Assembly (NCBI GenBank): GCA_004022145.1
Contig: RCNU01000009.1
Reading direction: 5' to 3' (one strand)
Origin: Paecilomyces variotii
Taxonomy: Eukaryota
DNA: 64,000 bases
Shown here one piece after another: positions 1 through 13,371 of this stretch (position 1 is the first letter of the stretch; each line of letters begins with the position of its first letter). The translations under genes and the position numbers were made by a program. Below the pieces are notes generated by a model that worked only from the letters and a program-made list of their open reading frames with translations, did not search any database and was not told the origin of the DNA.

Positions 1-781
1 GCTGAACAGGCCGGTAAAGAATCGAGTGAGCATAATAGTCTGGACGTCTTTGGCAGCGGCGGTTCCAAACGAGAATATTGCCGCGATGAAATACGGGGCA
101 AGCACGGCAGGTTTGCGGCCATAAAGTTCAGATAATGGAGCCCAGATGAGAGGGCCCAGTCCGAAACCAAACATTAGCAGGGTCAATCCAAGCGTACTGA
201 CCTCCTCCCCAACATGGAATTGGCCTGCTATCTGACGAATGCCGGGAGAGTAGCTATCATACAGTTAGTATTTCTTAATTCCGTATAATCTCGAGTCCAC
301 GGCCGGATCAAAAGGTAGACATACACCGAACTAGACCAAGTAGCACCTAAGAAGGAAATCACCATTAGAAACCTGCGAGCTACTTCAGTTTCCAGTGCTA
401 GCTGCATCAGAAAGACCTACCCATTGTTGTTAACCCGTACAGTAACGTGGTCATTGCCTTCTTTCTAAACCCCCAATTCAACGGTCTATACGGATCATCG
501 GGCCCATCGAAATCAACAATGACATCAGGTCCTGTCTTCGTATGGGATAACGGGTGCGTAAAGCGCGCTGTCTGACCCGGTTCTCGACTCCGTATCCTCG
601 AGACTACCGACTGCGCTCGCTGTTCCATCGACGACAGCGCAGACGCTGCTGTGCTTTGCTTTTCCAGGTTGGCTCCATTTGTATTTGCTGGGCCAGCAAT
701 GGATCCATATTCAACATCGGAGCTGTCATCGTCATGCTCATGAGGATCGGTGTTTCTGCACGTAATAAGATCTGATGCCAT
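1..781 (-). CDS. MFS drug:H+ antiporter (DHA1 family), 5' part; continues beyond the window start
   Basis: ATG at 781. Exon 781-421 has VDFDGPDDPYRPLNW. A 22-nt exon lies at 346-325. The exon from 254 has LGPLIWAPLSELYGRKP and IMLTRFFTGLF, typical DHA1 motifs. Introns are GT-AG. Confidence 0.92.
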
Positions 782-952
782 TCCTATTCAAAAGAGCGCA
801 TCGTTCTCCGACGCGAGCTAAGATATTTTTGAAAATATGTACACTTCTTCTTCCTGATCTTCAACAGAAAGACCAAATCAACAAGAGAAGGAGAGAAAAA
901 AAAGTTTCAGGAACAGCAGACGAGGGGCAGCGGTAGACGTCACCAAAAAAAG

Positions 953-1310
953 CGCCGGAAACATTGGAGAGCGTTAACTAAGTATCAGTCGGAGGCCATC
1001 AAGTCCGAAGTCCAAGCCGGATAGCCGATAGCGGTCTGGATAAAGCCGATGCCTTAATCCGGCAAACTCGGCATTAACTAGCCTATGTTGGTATTGAATC
1101 GTTCTTTTAGAGCGAAGAAAATTGTCGGCATTATTATTATTGCGCTTCAGTTTGCTATCGGACGTCCATACAATTCGGTGGGTCGGCCTGTTCCGACAGC
1201 TTCAATCTCTGTCTGTCGGAAATGTTTCCGACCTGTCGAAGCCAAAGAGATTGTCCATGTCCATCCAGCTTATCCGAAGCACCTTGCGGGCTGCGATCGC
1301 CACCTTCCGG
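953..1310. promoter_or_regulatory. CGG/CCG-triplet-rich upstream region of the MFS gene, including palindrome GTCGGAAA-TG-TTTCCGAC (1215-1232)
   Basis: Dense CGG/CCG triplets and a perfect 8-bp inverted repeat (CGG-N8-CCG). CGG half-sites are the standard Zn2Cys6 recognition element. Confidence 0.5.
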
Positions 1311-1718
1311 TAAAAAGTTCAGCCCTTGTCTTGTCGCGGGCAAGTCCGCTTAGGGTAGACAACAGAATCCTCTGCTAGATGCTTCATATCATCAATAATA
1401 ATAATAATATGTTCAATAATAACATCTTGAGGCGTGAGAACAAGATTCGGATATGGTCACATGACCAGGAGGACCCTGCAAACATCCGATGACGTACTCT
1501 TAAGCATGGTAGAAACAGCATACTACGATAAACATCAGTGATCCATGATCTTCGTGTTAGTGTTCATCTGATAAGTCTAGTCTTTCGTAGCATTCCTGAA
1601 TCACTTTCCTATCTAGAAGACGTCTATCGGCTTTTCTATATACAGAACACTGCAATACGTACGGCGTAACAAGAAACATACGTGCGCAGCAAAATGGGGG
1701 AGAATATATAGACATGGC

Positions 1719-1790
1719 GAAAAAAAAAGAAGAAGACGAAGAAGAAGAAAAAGAAAAGAGAAGAAGAGAAGAAAAAAAAAGAGAAGAGAA
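1719..1790. repeat. Low-complexity A/G tract (U/C-rich in the IML2 3' UTR)
   Basis: Almost pure purine run with (GAA)n and poly-A, immediately after the IML2 stop codon. Confidence 0.85.
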
Positions 1791-1798
1791 TGGCCATC

Positions 1799-4402
1799 TT
1801 AGGCAGTGGTCGAAGCCGTGGAACGAGAAGCTTCCCACTTTTGCAGCGCCTCTTCACCAGCAGTCACCTTGAGTCCAATACGCGCATCGAGTTCGTAGCT
1901 CTCCCATTTGGCGGTTTTATCCAAGTACTCCTTGCACTCGCGAACCTTCTCGCGCTCAATGGCTTCCACGTCTTCCTGTGAGGTATTAGAGGCCGCGGCG
2001 GTACTGGGACTAGCAGGACCAACAGGTCCATGTGAAGAAATGTAGCTCGGTCGCTCCATCCACAGGTTAGCAGCCATCTCATAGTGAGCTGCTGGACAGG
2101 TCCAGTCATCTTTCAGATGGCCTTTGAAGAGAGACCGGTCATGGTCGAGGATCTGGTTCCTTAGAAGTTCCTTTGCCTCTTCATGGCGACGCTGTGAACG
2201 AAGAATAGCAGCCCGAAGGACAGCAAGAATGGCCTTCTCGTCGGGTCCTTCTCGGTGCCAGTGCTTATTGGCATCGCTTTCAGACCACTCCAAGTTACGC
2301 AGTGAGTCCTCGAGCTGCTCAGTGGTCATCCGTCCGAATCCGTTCCAGAAGAAGTTCATCTCCTCAATGGGGTCCACTCCCACGGCATCTACGAGGGGGA
2401 CACCCCATTCTTTGGTTCGCGCCTCCCATTTGGCAATCTTTCGCGTTACGAAGACATCAAAAGGGAGCTGGCGGGCCAGAAATCGTTTCTTGCCAGCCTG
2501 CGTGGGGGCTTTGCGGAGGAGCTCGGTCGCTGTCTCCGCGTGTTTCGCCGCGAGAGAAGGGTCGCTTTTGAGATAGCGACGGTACAAGACAACATGTGCG
2601 GAACCAGCGATATAATAGTACAATGACCGTGACCACGAGTTGAGTTCGACACACTAGAACGGAACATTAATGCCTGTCCAAACCAAAGTCTAAGGGAAAG
2701 ATAAGATGACGGACCTCCAGGAAGGACTGCGAACAGAGTTCGTACTTGTGGAGATACATAGCATTCAAGCTTCGTTCGAACACACGCAAGGCTTCGACCT
2801 GTTTGAGCGGGCTACGCTCCCCTTCAGAGAGCATCTTCACGGCCTCCTCCAGGTTCTTGTTAGCACCATGCATCCTCGACTCCTCGAGGAGCCACAGCTG
2901 GCTCTTCGGAAACCGTTCTCTCATCTCCGCAAGAAGTGCAGCGAGTCTCTCACGGGGGTATCCTTCGATGCCCTCACCATGATCCATCGTCTCATCCGGG
3001 ATGATATCACAGTATCGAACAAAACCGTTGTAGTAACCCAGTAGAGCCAACGCTGCTATGGCACCCATGAGATTATGGAACTTGCTCGCCTGCCACAGCA
3101 TCTGCAAGCCTCTATGTTTGTCTCCGCGGAAACCAATGATACTAAGAAGCTTACTGAACGCTGGAGGGACCATCGAAATGATCAGGAGAAGAACGCCAAA
3201 ACACAGATTAGCCCCGGAGTGAATGAAAACGTCAATGGGGGTGGTGAAAATGTCCGAGTCGGGATCATCATGTATACCGCGGAGAGAGTCCATCGAAGCT
3301 GGAGACTCAGAAACCTTGTCGGAGATATCCAAATCAGATAGTCTCCCGGGTAAGTCTGAGGAACATTCGGGCTCCTCCGCATCATGAAATGCTTCAGTGG
3401 AACTTCTGGCGGATGCGTCTGTTCTCTTCGAGTTCAAAGGGAAGGTTCGAGCTCGTTTGGAAGAAAAGGACAACTGACTCGATTTTGCGGATAGTTCCTT
3501 TGTTCCCAAGGTGGATGTAGCCGATCTCTGTGCGGTTTTGGGGTTCTCAAGCGATGCTCTGACAGCACCCGTCAGGTCTTTGGATTTCCGTTCCTGAAGG
3601 TATTTCTCCTCCATCTGTAGAATACCATCAAGGGTTATATAGGCCTTTCTCAGCTTGTAAAACCCCTTTATGCTCTCAGTCAAGCTCTCATTGAGCACCG
3701 CAATGACAGCACCCATGAGTTGCGCCATCGCCTGGCAGAGCGCATACTCTGCTCCGGGCGAATAAATGGCAGACCGATAGGCATTCGGAGCATTCGCATC
3801 ATGCGTTGCTCTGTGCTGATCGCTCCATGCGCTTGTCTCCGCCTCATTGAGTCGATCCGATGCTGAAATTCAATCCTTCAAATCAGAGGCAGGTTCAAAT
3901 GAGAGCAATCCATAGACCCACCCTGACGCATAATCTCCTGCTCAAACCCCAATGTAGCCCGCACGAATGCCACGACGCCTTTTCCAAGCTACACGCAAGA
4001 TCCATCAGTCTCCTATCCATAACTTCTGGGGGCTCCGCATTCATCCCAATAGCATACCTTGTGGTAGGACGAATTCCCCTTGTCTAGACCTGCCTCAGCT
4101 GCGTCGACATCATCGTTTAAAATCAACGTAGCCGCTAGATTCCATCATAGTGTATCAGCAATCATCCTCGGGCGCTTCTATCCACTGCTTTTCAAGATCA
4201 TGTTCATGTGGCTGCTGCATACCTCGCATAGCATTCTCAACTGTAGCCCATCACAGATCACAATTAGCCTGCCATCCACAGATCGATCCCGACATATACG
4301 AGGACTCAACTTACGTTCCTGCGCCTCAGCCAGGGAATCGAGAGATTGCGTCGAAGCACTGCCTGGCTTCTTGCCGGACAGCCATGATCCCACCCTCAAC
4401 AT
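1799..4402 (-). CDS. IML2: Iml2/TTC39-family TPR protein (inclusion body clearance protein)
   Basis: Starts [12 protein letters not shown] at 4402. Spliced N-terminus ...[20 protein letters not shown]...ATLGFEQE. Motifs [46 protein letters not shown]. Five GT-AG introns, including around an 18-nt exon at 4240-4223. Confidence 0.88.
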
Positions 4403-5210
4403 CGTGAAACCAGATCCCACAATAAATGAACGATAAGGAACGATAAAAACAGTCTAGATTTTTTTCAACGCTGCTGCGAAATATCGTTACGAATTGAACC
4501 CAGGCAGAACCGAATGGCAGTGAAAAGAGTTTCCTATGATGTCAGTCGCTAACCGCACCCGTCTGGGCCTGGGATAAGGAAAATAGAATCTGGGAATGGC
4601 CCATCAACAGAAGAGGCACCACAGTGTCTGTATCCTTCATGGAGAAACGAAGGAAACAGACAGGAGGGAACTATGGTAGCGACGGGGAAGAAAGAGAGCA
4701 AAATGGGTACGAATACGGTCGCGTGCCTCAGCGGAGGCGGGCGGGAGTCTTTGCACACACCCTGGGGCCGGCTCTTGCGCTCCTTACAATGTTTCCGCTT
4801 TTTGACGTCGTGGCGTGCGGGAGCTTTGGGACGAGCAAGACAGCGCTGAATATGGCCCCTTGCCATGCATGCTGAGGTGAGCCAGGAGCGCTGAGGCTGA
4901 TAGGAATAAATTACAACAGGAGGCGCTGTAGCTTGTAGAAATGAGCCTTGCAAAACAATGTGGGATGGCCATGGGGTCTAGCCTTGACGTCTGGAGGCTC
5001 ACCAATCCCGCTGCTAAGTAGAGGTAGAGCGTCTCCGCGATCATCACCGCCCAAGCTCCATTCTGCACCAGACATCTTCTCCAACGCCACGATACTCCCC
5101 CACAGCAACATCTGGCCCTCTTTTCACAGCTGGCTATCTTTTCGATCGCCTCTCTGCTTCTCCCTATCCTCCTCTGAAGAGGCCTGCGAACACATATCAC
5201 ACCAGCTACC

Positions 5211-5757
5211 ATGTCGAATCAGACGTCCAACCAGAACCAGGCCGAGGCCTCGCAACAACCCAAGCAGCAGAAGGCACCCCAGGTACTCGAGGAAGATGAT
5301 GAGTTCGAAGACTTCCCTGTCGAAGGTGCGCGCGATCGTCCCTGCAGAGCTCCAGGCTTTACCAACAGCACGATCCCCCTTTGACGCACATCTATCATCC
5401 CACCATGAGCTTCATGCTACAATGCCCCAGAACAGCCCATTACAGCTGCACGCATCATCACCATTCCCTTTTTCGTCGCAAACTTAACCTCTTGCTGACC
5501 ACATACTCTATCTACAGACTGGCCCCAAGAAGAGACCGAGCAGGGCTCAACGACAGCCAACGGCACAAGCGTCCACCTGTGGGAGGAGAGCTGGGACGAC
5601 GACGATGCGAGCGAGGACTTCTCAAAGCAGCTGAAGTACGTGACAACCTCACTCCGTACCTCCTGCGCGACAGCAAAGGAAAAAACAATACTGTGGAATG
5701 CAGCCAGGCTAACGAGTACGCAGGGAGGAACTCAAGAAGGTCGAGGCGGCTAAATAG
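5211..5757 (+). CDS. SEM1: 26S proteasome lid / TREX-2 subunit Sem1 (Dss1), 88 aa
   Basis: Exons 5211-5325, 5518-5635 and 5724-5757 join in frame to give LEEDDEFEDFPVEDW...HLWEESWDDDDASEDFSKQLKEEL, the Dss1/Sem1 signature. Not represented in the ORF track. Confidence 0.97.
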
Positions 5758-7075
5758 ATAGAGACGGAATGAAAAGACGGACGAATAATAATGTATCTTG
5801 TTCGAAATCAAAAGAACAGCGAGCTTTACATCTTCGGGAAAAGCAAGGCGCAAGCCACGCTAGGCTAGAGCATGATAAGCCGGTTAGAGGGGTCGTTGTG
5901 ACTTATGCTGTAATTTCCAAGTTTGGAGTACTGGACAGACATCGTCGATTATCCATCCATCTCTTTCCACGAAAACGCTCCAGAAAAGGCGCCGAGAGTG
6001 GGCTTATTGAGGTTGAGGAATGAAAGACGATAGGAAGTATCGGATCAGAACTTGCCTATTATGCTCTTTGAGGTATAGCAACAGTAGATAGCTATGCAGA
6101 AACATACAAGCACATTATATGCCCATCAGACTCCTCTACCGTCAGTATATATCTGATAGAAACGCTTCAATCACCTCTTACAGGCTGGCTGTTGACCCCT
6201 CCTCCCTTCCAGTCAGCTCTCTCCCCAAACAAAGAAATCGCACCCCGTATAGTCCAGAATAACATGGCCCCCTGTTAACAGCGAAGTCCAAATAGCGCAG
6301 TGGTTACAAAAACGTAGTTCACAGCTTCTTCGTAGTACAGAGGTTGATGTGGGTGTTTTGGGGGGACGGAGGGGGGTTATCTTTTTTAAGATTGTTGAAC
6401 TAGGTAAGTTTCCGTTTTGGGAAGCTGGGATAGTGCAGTGCAGAGGCGGGATAACTTTAACAGGTCAGGGTCACCGATTTAGTAGAATATTGATTCGAAT
6501 AACTATTGGTATTATCATCTAATGTGAAATATGATTTGCTAGCCTTGTCTATATCTCACAACAAGTTCGCGTATACTGATACCATCATTAGATCCTAGTC
6601 ATTTGAGTCGAAAGGATTAACTACGTGTATCCATAGTAGTATACGTAGGCGTAACTCATGCTCTCATGCTCTATATATCATCATGTTCCGTCCTTAGCGG
6701 AGTCGTGCTTATGCGGTGTGTATATACTTTGCCCCTTCCGAACGGGAAGACATCTAAAGGTTCGCGCCTTTTTCTATTATTGAAAGAACAATCAGAACTC
6801 CATTGTATTGACAAAATATTGTATTTCAAGTATATCTCTTTTATTCTGCCCGAGATACATTATGGGCATGGAACAGGTTCCATTGAAGAAAAGGACCGGA
6901 CATCTTCGGGTAAGGACTTTTCCCTCCAGCTCAGGGTTCATCAGTCGAGAGGAGATTCAGGAGTCTTCCGCCTCTTCCCTTCTAACCTGCGGGGAAAGCT
7001 CTCCAATTCGAGCCTTGTCCCCCTCTCTCATTATGATATCATAATATTATTGGCGCGCTCTGAAAAGGACAAATT

Positions 7076-8521
7076 TTACTTACTTGACAGAGCAGCGACA
7101 CCAGGCAGATCCTTGCCCTCGAGGAGCTCCAGAGAGGCACCACCACCGGTGGAGACGTGGCTCAACTTGTCCTCAACACCGTACTTGGCAGCGACAGTAG
7201 CGGTGTCACCACCACCGATGATGACGATGGTACCCTTCTGGGCAGCATCGACAACGGCGTCGAGAGTGTTCTTGGTACCCTTAGAGAAAGGCTCCAACTC
7301 GAAGACGCCAGGAGGACCGTTCCAGAGGATGGTCTTGGCCTCAGCGATGGTCTTCTTGTACAGCTCAACACTCTTCTCACCAACATCCAGACCCATGTAA
7401 CCGTCGGGAATGCCTTCAGCATCGGTAGCATAGCCAGTCTTCGCGTCAGCGGCGAACTTGTCGGCGGTAACATAGTCGACGGGAAGGACAACCTCGACGT
7501 TGTTCTTCTTGGCCTTCTCAATGACCTCGCCGACGATCTTGCTACCAGCCTCGTCGAACAGACTGTTACCGATCTTGACGTTCTCGAGGGTCTTCTTGAA
7601 AGTGAAGGCCATAGCACCAGTGATGATGAGGCTGTTGACCTTGGGAAGGAGGTTGTCAATCAGCTGAATCTTGTCAGAGACCTTGGCACCACCCAGAATG
7701 GCAAGGAATGGTCGCTGGGGGCTCTCCAGAGCCTTAGCGAAGTAGTCAAGCTCCTTCTTGACCAGGAAACCGGAAGCCTTCTGGGGCAGCTCGACACCGA
7801 CCATGGAGCTGTGGGCACGGTGAGCGGTACCGAAAGCATCGTCTAGGAGAGTGAGAGTCAGCAACTGGTTTCGTCAAGGCGGTCAATGAGCCAAGATGAG
7901 GCGAGGTAAGAGTAAGTCTTACTGATGTAGATGTCTCCAAGAGCAGTGAGTCCCTTGCGGAACTCAGCGACCTTCTCCTTGTCGGCCTTGACCTTCTTGC
8001 CCTCCTCGTCCTTGTAGCTACCCTCCTCCTCGGGGTGGAAACGCAGGTTCTCCAGAAGGATGACCTGGCCGCCAGAGGCCTTGTTGACAGTCTCCTCGAC
8101 TTCCTTGCCAACGCAGTCTTCGGTGAAGATAACGTTGCGGCCGAGGAGCTTCTCCAGCTCAGGGACAACGGGCTTCAAGCTGTACTTAGGGTTCTTCTTG
8201 CCATCGGGGCGGCCCAGGTGGGACATGAGGATGACAGCCTTGGCGCCATGGTCGATGGCATACTTGATCGTGGGCAGAGCACCGACAATACGCTGGTTGT
8301 TGGTGATCTTCTTGTCGGCATCGAGAGGGACGTTGAAGTCGACCTGGATGATGTCATCCTATCAGCAAATGCCTTCTTCTCTCATTCCCATTGATTGGAT
8401 TCCACAACAGGAGAGGGGACCCAATGCGTAATTGAAAGCAATTTTTCCCACGTACTCGGATCAGAACCCTCTTGTCCTTGAGGTCGACGTCGGTGATGGC
8501 AAGCTTGTTGGAGAGAGACAT
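7076..8521 (-). CDS. PGK1: Phosphoglycerate kinase
   Basis: [70 protein letters not shown]. Introns at 8455-8344 and 7922-7843. Strong C/G-ending codon bias. Confidence 0.99.
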
Positions 8522-9321
8522 GGTTGCGATGTAATTCCGCCTTGATGAACAACACACGGTCAGCCAGGAAGCGGATTGGATTGATTGGCCTGGATAGGAT
8601 TATCAGGGAGAGCAGGACTATATACCTCACGATGAAGCCGTGCTTAACTGAGAGGAAAAGCAAATAAACGGACCAAGGGAGAAAGTGATTCCTTCGGTGT
8701 ACCTAGCGGGGTAGCATATAACCTATCGACGGTGGGGCTCCCGGTGAGAAGGTGGGATGTCGGGCTGATGCGGGACTGATGTCAATGCGATCAACGGGGA
8801 AAAGCAACGAGCTCGAAAATGCTACACGGAACAGATCGGGCTTACAGCCAGCTTTATATCTCCCCTTTCCTCCTTCTTTCCTCGGTTCCTGAGTCGGCGT
8901 TCTGATGTTGCCGGCTCGGACATGAGACATCATTGCCACGAGACCTTGGTGGAAGCTGGCAGTACCGAAATCATTGTATGCTTTCTTATTGGACGATTCC
9001 AATTATCTGACAAGCAACGATCGCATGATATGGTACATATGTAGGGTACGCAATACAGGAATATGACAGCCAGACCCCGCTCCGAAACGATCAGATGTTC
9101 ACGATAAAAAAAGAAGAAAAGACAGGACCAATAGCGAACCAATTTTGTAGAATCCCACCTATGTTGCAATGTACCTTGGACGCCTTGAACAAGATCCTCT
9201 TTGAATCACAAATGACATATCTGGGAATAGAAGACGCCTGGATAACAGAAATTTTTAATCGGGGTGGAAGGTATAAATCTTGGGCCCCTCCCTATAAACA
9301 ATGCTAATGCCAAAGATTCTT

Positions 9322-10253
9322 TTAGTGCTTCTCCTCCGATGAGTTGGTTAGAGACAGGTACGCCGTCCAGGCGATACCGACGCTTGAAACAAAGGGCTGC
9401 GAGAATGGTCAGCCAGAGCTACTTTTCTATTGGAGAAGGAAAAAAAAAGAAACTTACGATCTGAAACTGGATGGGGACGACTCTAAAGTTCAGGATCTGG
9501 ACAGCTGGCCATAGAACAAAGTTGGCCTTAAGGGTTGGGATGTACACGTCCCGGAACTTGCGAACCAAATCCCGCCTTCCACCTCCTTCAGCGAAGGTCA
9601 TGAAAGTGAAGAAAGCAACGAGACCTAAAGCTTCATTAACAAAGCTGCATGACCAGAGAGAACAGATGAAGATGACTTACCAAATGGCGCGAACATCAGC
9701 TGGTCGGCAGCCACTCTCTTCAAAGCCGGAGCCGTTGCCGACTCCTTCGTGAGAGGAAACGCTCTGGACAAGAACTTGAACCACTGGAACTGAAGTGGCG
9801 CCATGAAGAAACCGAACGCCATGAAGCGTGTGAGTCGCTCAAAGTCGAACGCCGGCGGTCGACCTTTCCCTGTACCCAGCTCCCCCAGGGCGGGAGGCCG
9901 CTGCTTGTCAAGCTCATGAAGCTCGATCGAAACCAAATCATCTCCTGGCCTGCGCTCGATACGTGACCTCAGGGCAGTGATTGTTTGAGCGACGGTATCA
10001 GCGATGCCATTAAGGACCTACAACGGAGTCCCTCGTCAGTCATAGTTCGATACAGGCAGCACAGGAGGGTCCCAATGAGGGTGGTTCTGCAACTTACAGC
10101 ATTGGTGACCATGGTGGTCAGCACTGTTTTGATGACGTCGATGTCAGTCCGGTGACGATTCAAGGGCGGGCAGAGCTACAGAAAGGGCAACCTACCTGGC
10201 TTTTCCGCATAGTAGGAGTTGAATTTGGCAGCGAGTCGCGCTGTGACAGCCAT
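9322..10253 (-). CDS. Mpv17/PMP22 family membrane protein (Sym1-like)
   Basis: MAVTARLAAKFNSYYAEKP, LTTMVTNA, FDFERLTRFMAFG, KRVAADQLMFAP, LWPAVQILNFRVVP. Last exon PFVSSVGIAWTAYLSLTNS ends with a stop at 9324-9322. Four introns. Confidence 0.92.
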
Positions 10254-11109
10254 CTCGATCAGGAATATAATAGTGTGTAGCAGAGGCTGTGATGGATGGA
10301 ATGGAGATAGAGTCAGCGTCAACTCTACCGGCAATGGAGTGTAATCGTCATTGTCGCGATATAGATCTGGGAGGACGGCAAAAGAAGCGTGAAATTCCTG
10401 CGTTATTCACATACCAGACGACCGTAGATGTATCTTTTGTTCAGCCCGTCCAGCACTTTTCTTCGTGTCGTGTTAAACATGTTGTAAAAAAAAAAAAGCG
10501 CGAGACCTATATAAGATAGAACTGGATCGAAGACGCAGAATGGACCGGCGGATTGGAGCCCGGAGCGGGAGCGACAGTATGACGCAAAGCGCGCAAGACT
10601 TGGCACGGGGGGACCACAGTAGGGCTGCTAGCAGATGAGATCAGAGGGAGGACGGCAGTGGTCCAGCATGCAGTCAGGGGTCAGGATTGATGAAGTTTGA
10701 ATCTGGGGGATTATATAGAAAGGTGTTTTCGATAGCAGAGTGATAGGTACTCTGGTTGATGAGGTATTAACAGCCGACGAAGGGGGCGGACGCGGCAGGC
10801 TTGGATGGAGCCTGTGAGCCTCGACCGTTGCGACCTTGGCGCCGCTTTTACGCCTCCCGCACTCTTTGAGAGATGGTATCATCACTATGAATCTTCCACA
10901 GGCGGATTTTTACCCTAGATTGGTGACAATAGACGGACTCTTTAACGGTTTACCACATGAATAAGGAACCTAGAGGAGTAATGTGACTCGTAATCTGAAT
11001 TCTGCTGACGCCGCACAAATCGTCTATGCTGACAAGGATCTAGAGTAAGGATCAACTGGAACCCCACGGGGTCACAGTTGAAACGTTTATTATATACACA
11101 TTAACTTCA

Positions 11110-13032
11110 TCATACATGCTTCCGTTCAAACGCTAATATGTCCGGAAGATCCCTGATATCGGTCGTTTCGTTCGTGTTTACATCCACAAGACGGACCGCT
11201 TCCAGATGCAGTGAGCCTGCTGCTAAAGGAAGCAGTTTCACCTCAGTCGAATGGCAGGTCCCTGGGAGCAGTGGTCTTCTCGGGCCATTAGCGGGCGGTC
11301 TATGAGAGAAAATTCATGCTCAGGCAACAATGCTGGAAGACTCACCCCACTCTGATATCGGTACTCAAACAGATCAACTCCGCATCCTGACCAGCGGCTG
11401 TCTTTTGCATAGCGTGGATAATGTTGTCATCTGTGACCGCTTCTGCCACTTGGTCTTCCTTACGGCTAGTAGCAGATGCGGACGATGGTCGGGCGACATG
11501 TTTCCGTGGATCCGGCCGCTTCCTGCGCGGGATTGCGGTCATTGTAAACTTGCGAGGGATCCCCGACCGGTTCACAATGAAGACGTCCCAGTAGAACGGC
11601 TTGCTCACCTCGACACTGACGGGCCCGGAAAATGATATCGTAACTCCCAGATCAGTGGTGGAATAAGCACGCTCACGAAGAGAACTGCGGTTGGAAGGGG
11701 GAAGGGAGGGAGGGAGACCCGCCTGGCCTGGAAGCATCGGCAGACTTGCAGGACGTTTATTTCTCTGCAAAACCTGGCTTGGTGCTCCAAAGGTCGGGTT
11801 GAGAGGAAGTGAGAAGTCGACGTTCGTCCGCCACTGCATGGATATCTTTGGCCTACAATCATCCGACAGATTGATAACACCTGCAAGAGCAATGTCCAGG
11901 GTGCTGACCATCGCAGTGGTTGAAGGATTAGTTTCCGGTCCATACTCGGGTGTCAGCTTGTAGACCAAGGTAACGTCATCTCGCGGACGACAAGTAATGG
12001 GCAGGGCCAAGCCTGGGATATCTGATATTGTCTCAACATTACCATCGGACAAATCCAGCTTCGCCTGTTCCAGGACAACTTCACAAGTCAAGAACGGAGT
12101 GACTTCAAAGTCGAGACTTGCGATTGTCGTGGGTCTGCTTGAATAACTATTGAGCCGCGAGTAGCGGATCCTTGCGCTGGCAGCAGGGACAATCCGCGTC
12201 GGATGCTCTGTTTGTTGCTGGATATTGTAGATTGGTTCCTCAGTGTGTTGCGCCGGTACCACCCGTAGAAGCCTAGAAGCTGGGAGGAAAGGACTCTCTG
12301 TGCCCAAAGTAGGGTCCGCGGCTAATGGCTCAAAGACATTGCTGGACGCAGGAACAAGGCTTTGAAGATACCTATCGTCGCGGTTGTTGTGCTCTGAGAC
12401 TTTTGGTGGATTCAAAGTTGCGGACGCCGTGAAGATGACCGATGGATACTGAATGCGGACGCGCGGTCGATCTTTGCAGAATTAACAACGCGAGATAACA
12501 AGCCATAGCAGCTAGCCAGACTTACTCAGAAAGGCCTCGATCTTCCATATAACGTAGACATGATTTCCCTTCTCTTCATCTCCCTCAAAAGCGTTGACAA
12601 CTATCAGGGGATCCTCGTTTTCACTAACAACCCCTGAAAAAATCAGATCCCTCGTAGGCGTGGTCCCTTCGCTGTTTGGATCCACTGGGTTGACAACAAA
12701 TGCATCTAGTCTGACGTCCAGTCGTGGCAGAAGTGTCTTCAAGGCATGTTCCGAGCAATTCGATAATCTAAGGACGATGCGGGCGTTGACAAACTCATCT
12801 GGACCACTGTTAATGAGTAAGAGGCTGAACACGAGGCGCATACAGACTGCAACGTACCAAAAAATAAAAGTGAGCGCTGATGTATGGAAGATAAAACCTC
12901 CGATAGGTCCTCAGCGCCTCCTTCTAACGCAGAACTCAACGCGCCCTCAATATCTATATCAGTGGCGTGAGGGACGACAGTTTCTAGAACAGCGTGCCTT
13001 AGAAACTCGCCATGAGACTCGATACCAGGCAT
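11110..13032 (-). CDS. TRS65: TRAPPII-specific subunit Trs65-like protein
   Basis: Four exons. Motifs QRSLLFF-DE, YVIWK, RPRIRIQYPSVIF, VPAASARIRYSR, WDVFIVNRS, ICLSTDIRVGPLLPGTCH, LHLEAVRLVD...IRDLPDI match my recollection of fungal Trs65. Confidence 0.8.
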
Positions 13033-13371
13033 TGCGAGGGCCGAAGTCGTAGGCTCATCAGACTCTCACCGGTAATATCAATCCAAACATCACCAAGACA
13101 GATGAGCCTTGAATCCGCATCAAGCAAGACACTGCCTGTATATGATCTGGGGATATACGCACTGCGGATGCTGGAGAAGCCGATGCAAACAATGGCAAAC
13201 AGCTCCACTTACGGTAAGCTAACCGCGCGCTTAAGTAGAGCTCCCCGAGGCAGACCCTACCAGGGGAAGTAGCAACAACTTTTTTGCGGAGCATCGCGAC
13301 CCTCGAACATCAGTGATACCCAACACGTACGTTCTGTTCAGTTGAATTCGTCCATAATACGAATTAGCGCG

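Noticed and set aside
6286-6360. tRNA-like start GTCCAAATAGCGCAGTGG
   Set aside because: The D-stem does not close, and there is no anticodon arm or GTTCRA T-loop.
6666-7400. 244-aa + strand ORF overlapping the PGK 3' end
   Set aside because: Runs antisense through the PGK 3' UTR and CDS; the composition is not protein-like.
7157-7846. 229-aa ORF antisense to PGK (likewise 17799-18716, 23437-24456, 39022-39903 and 47434-48501)
   Set aside because: Shadow ORFs: strong codon bias in the sense genes removes antisense stops, and the products have no recognisable motifs.
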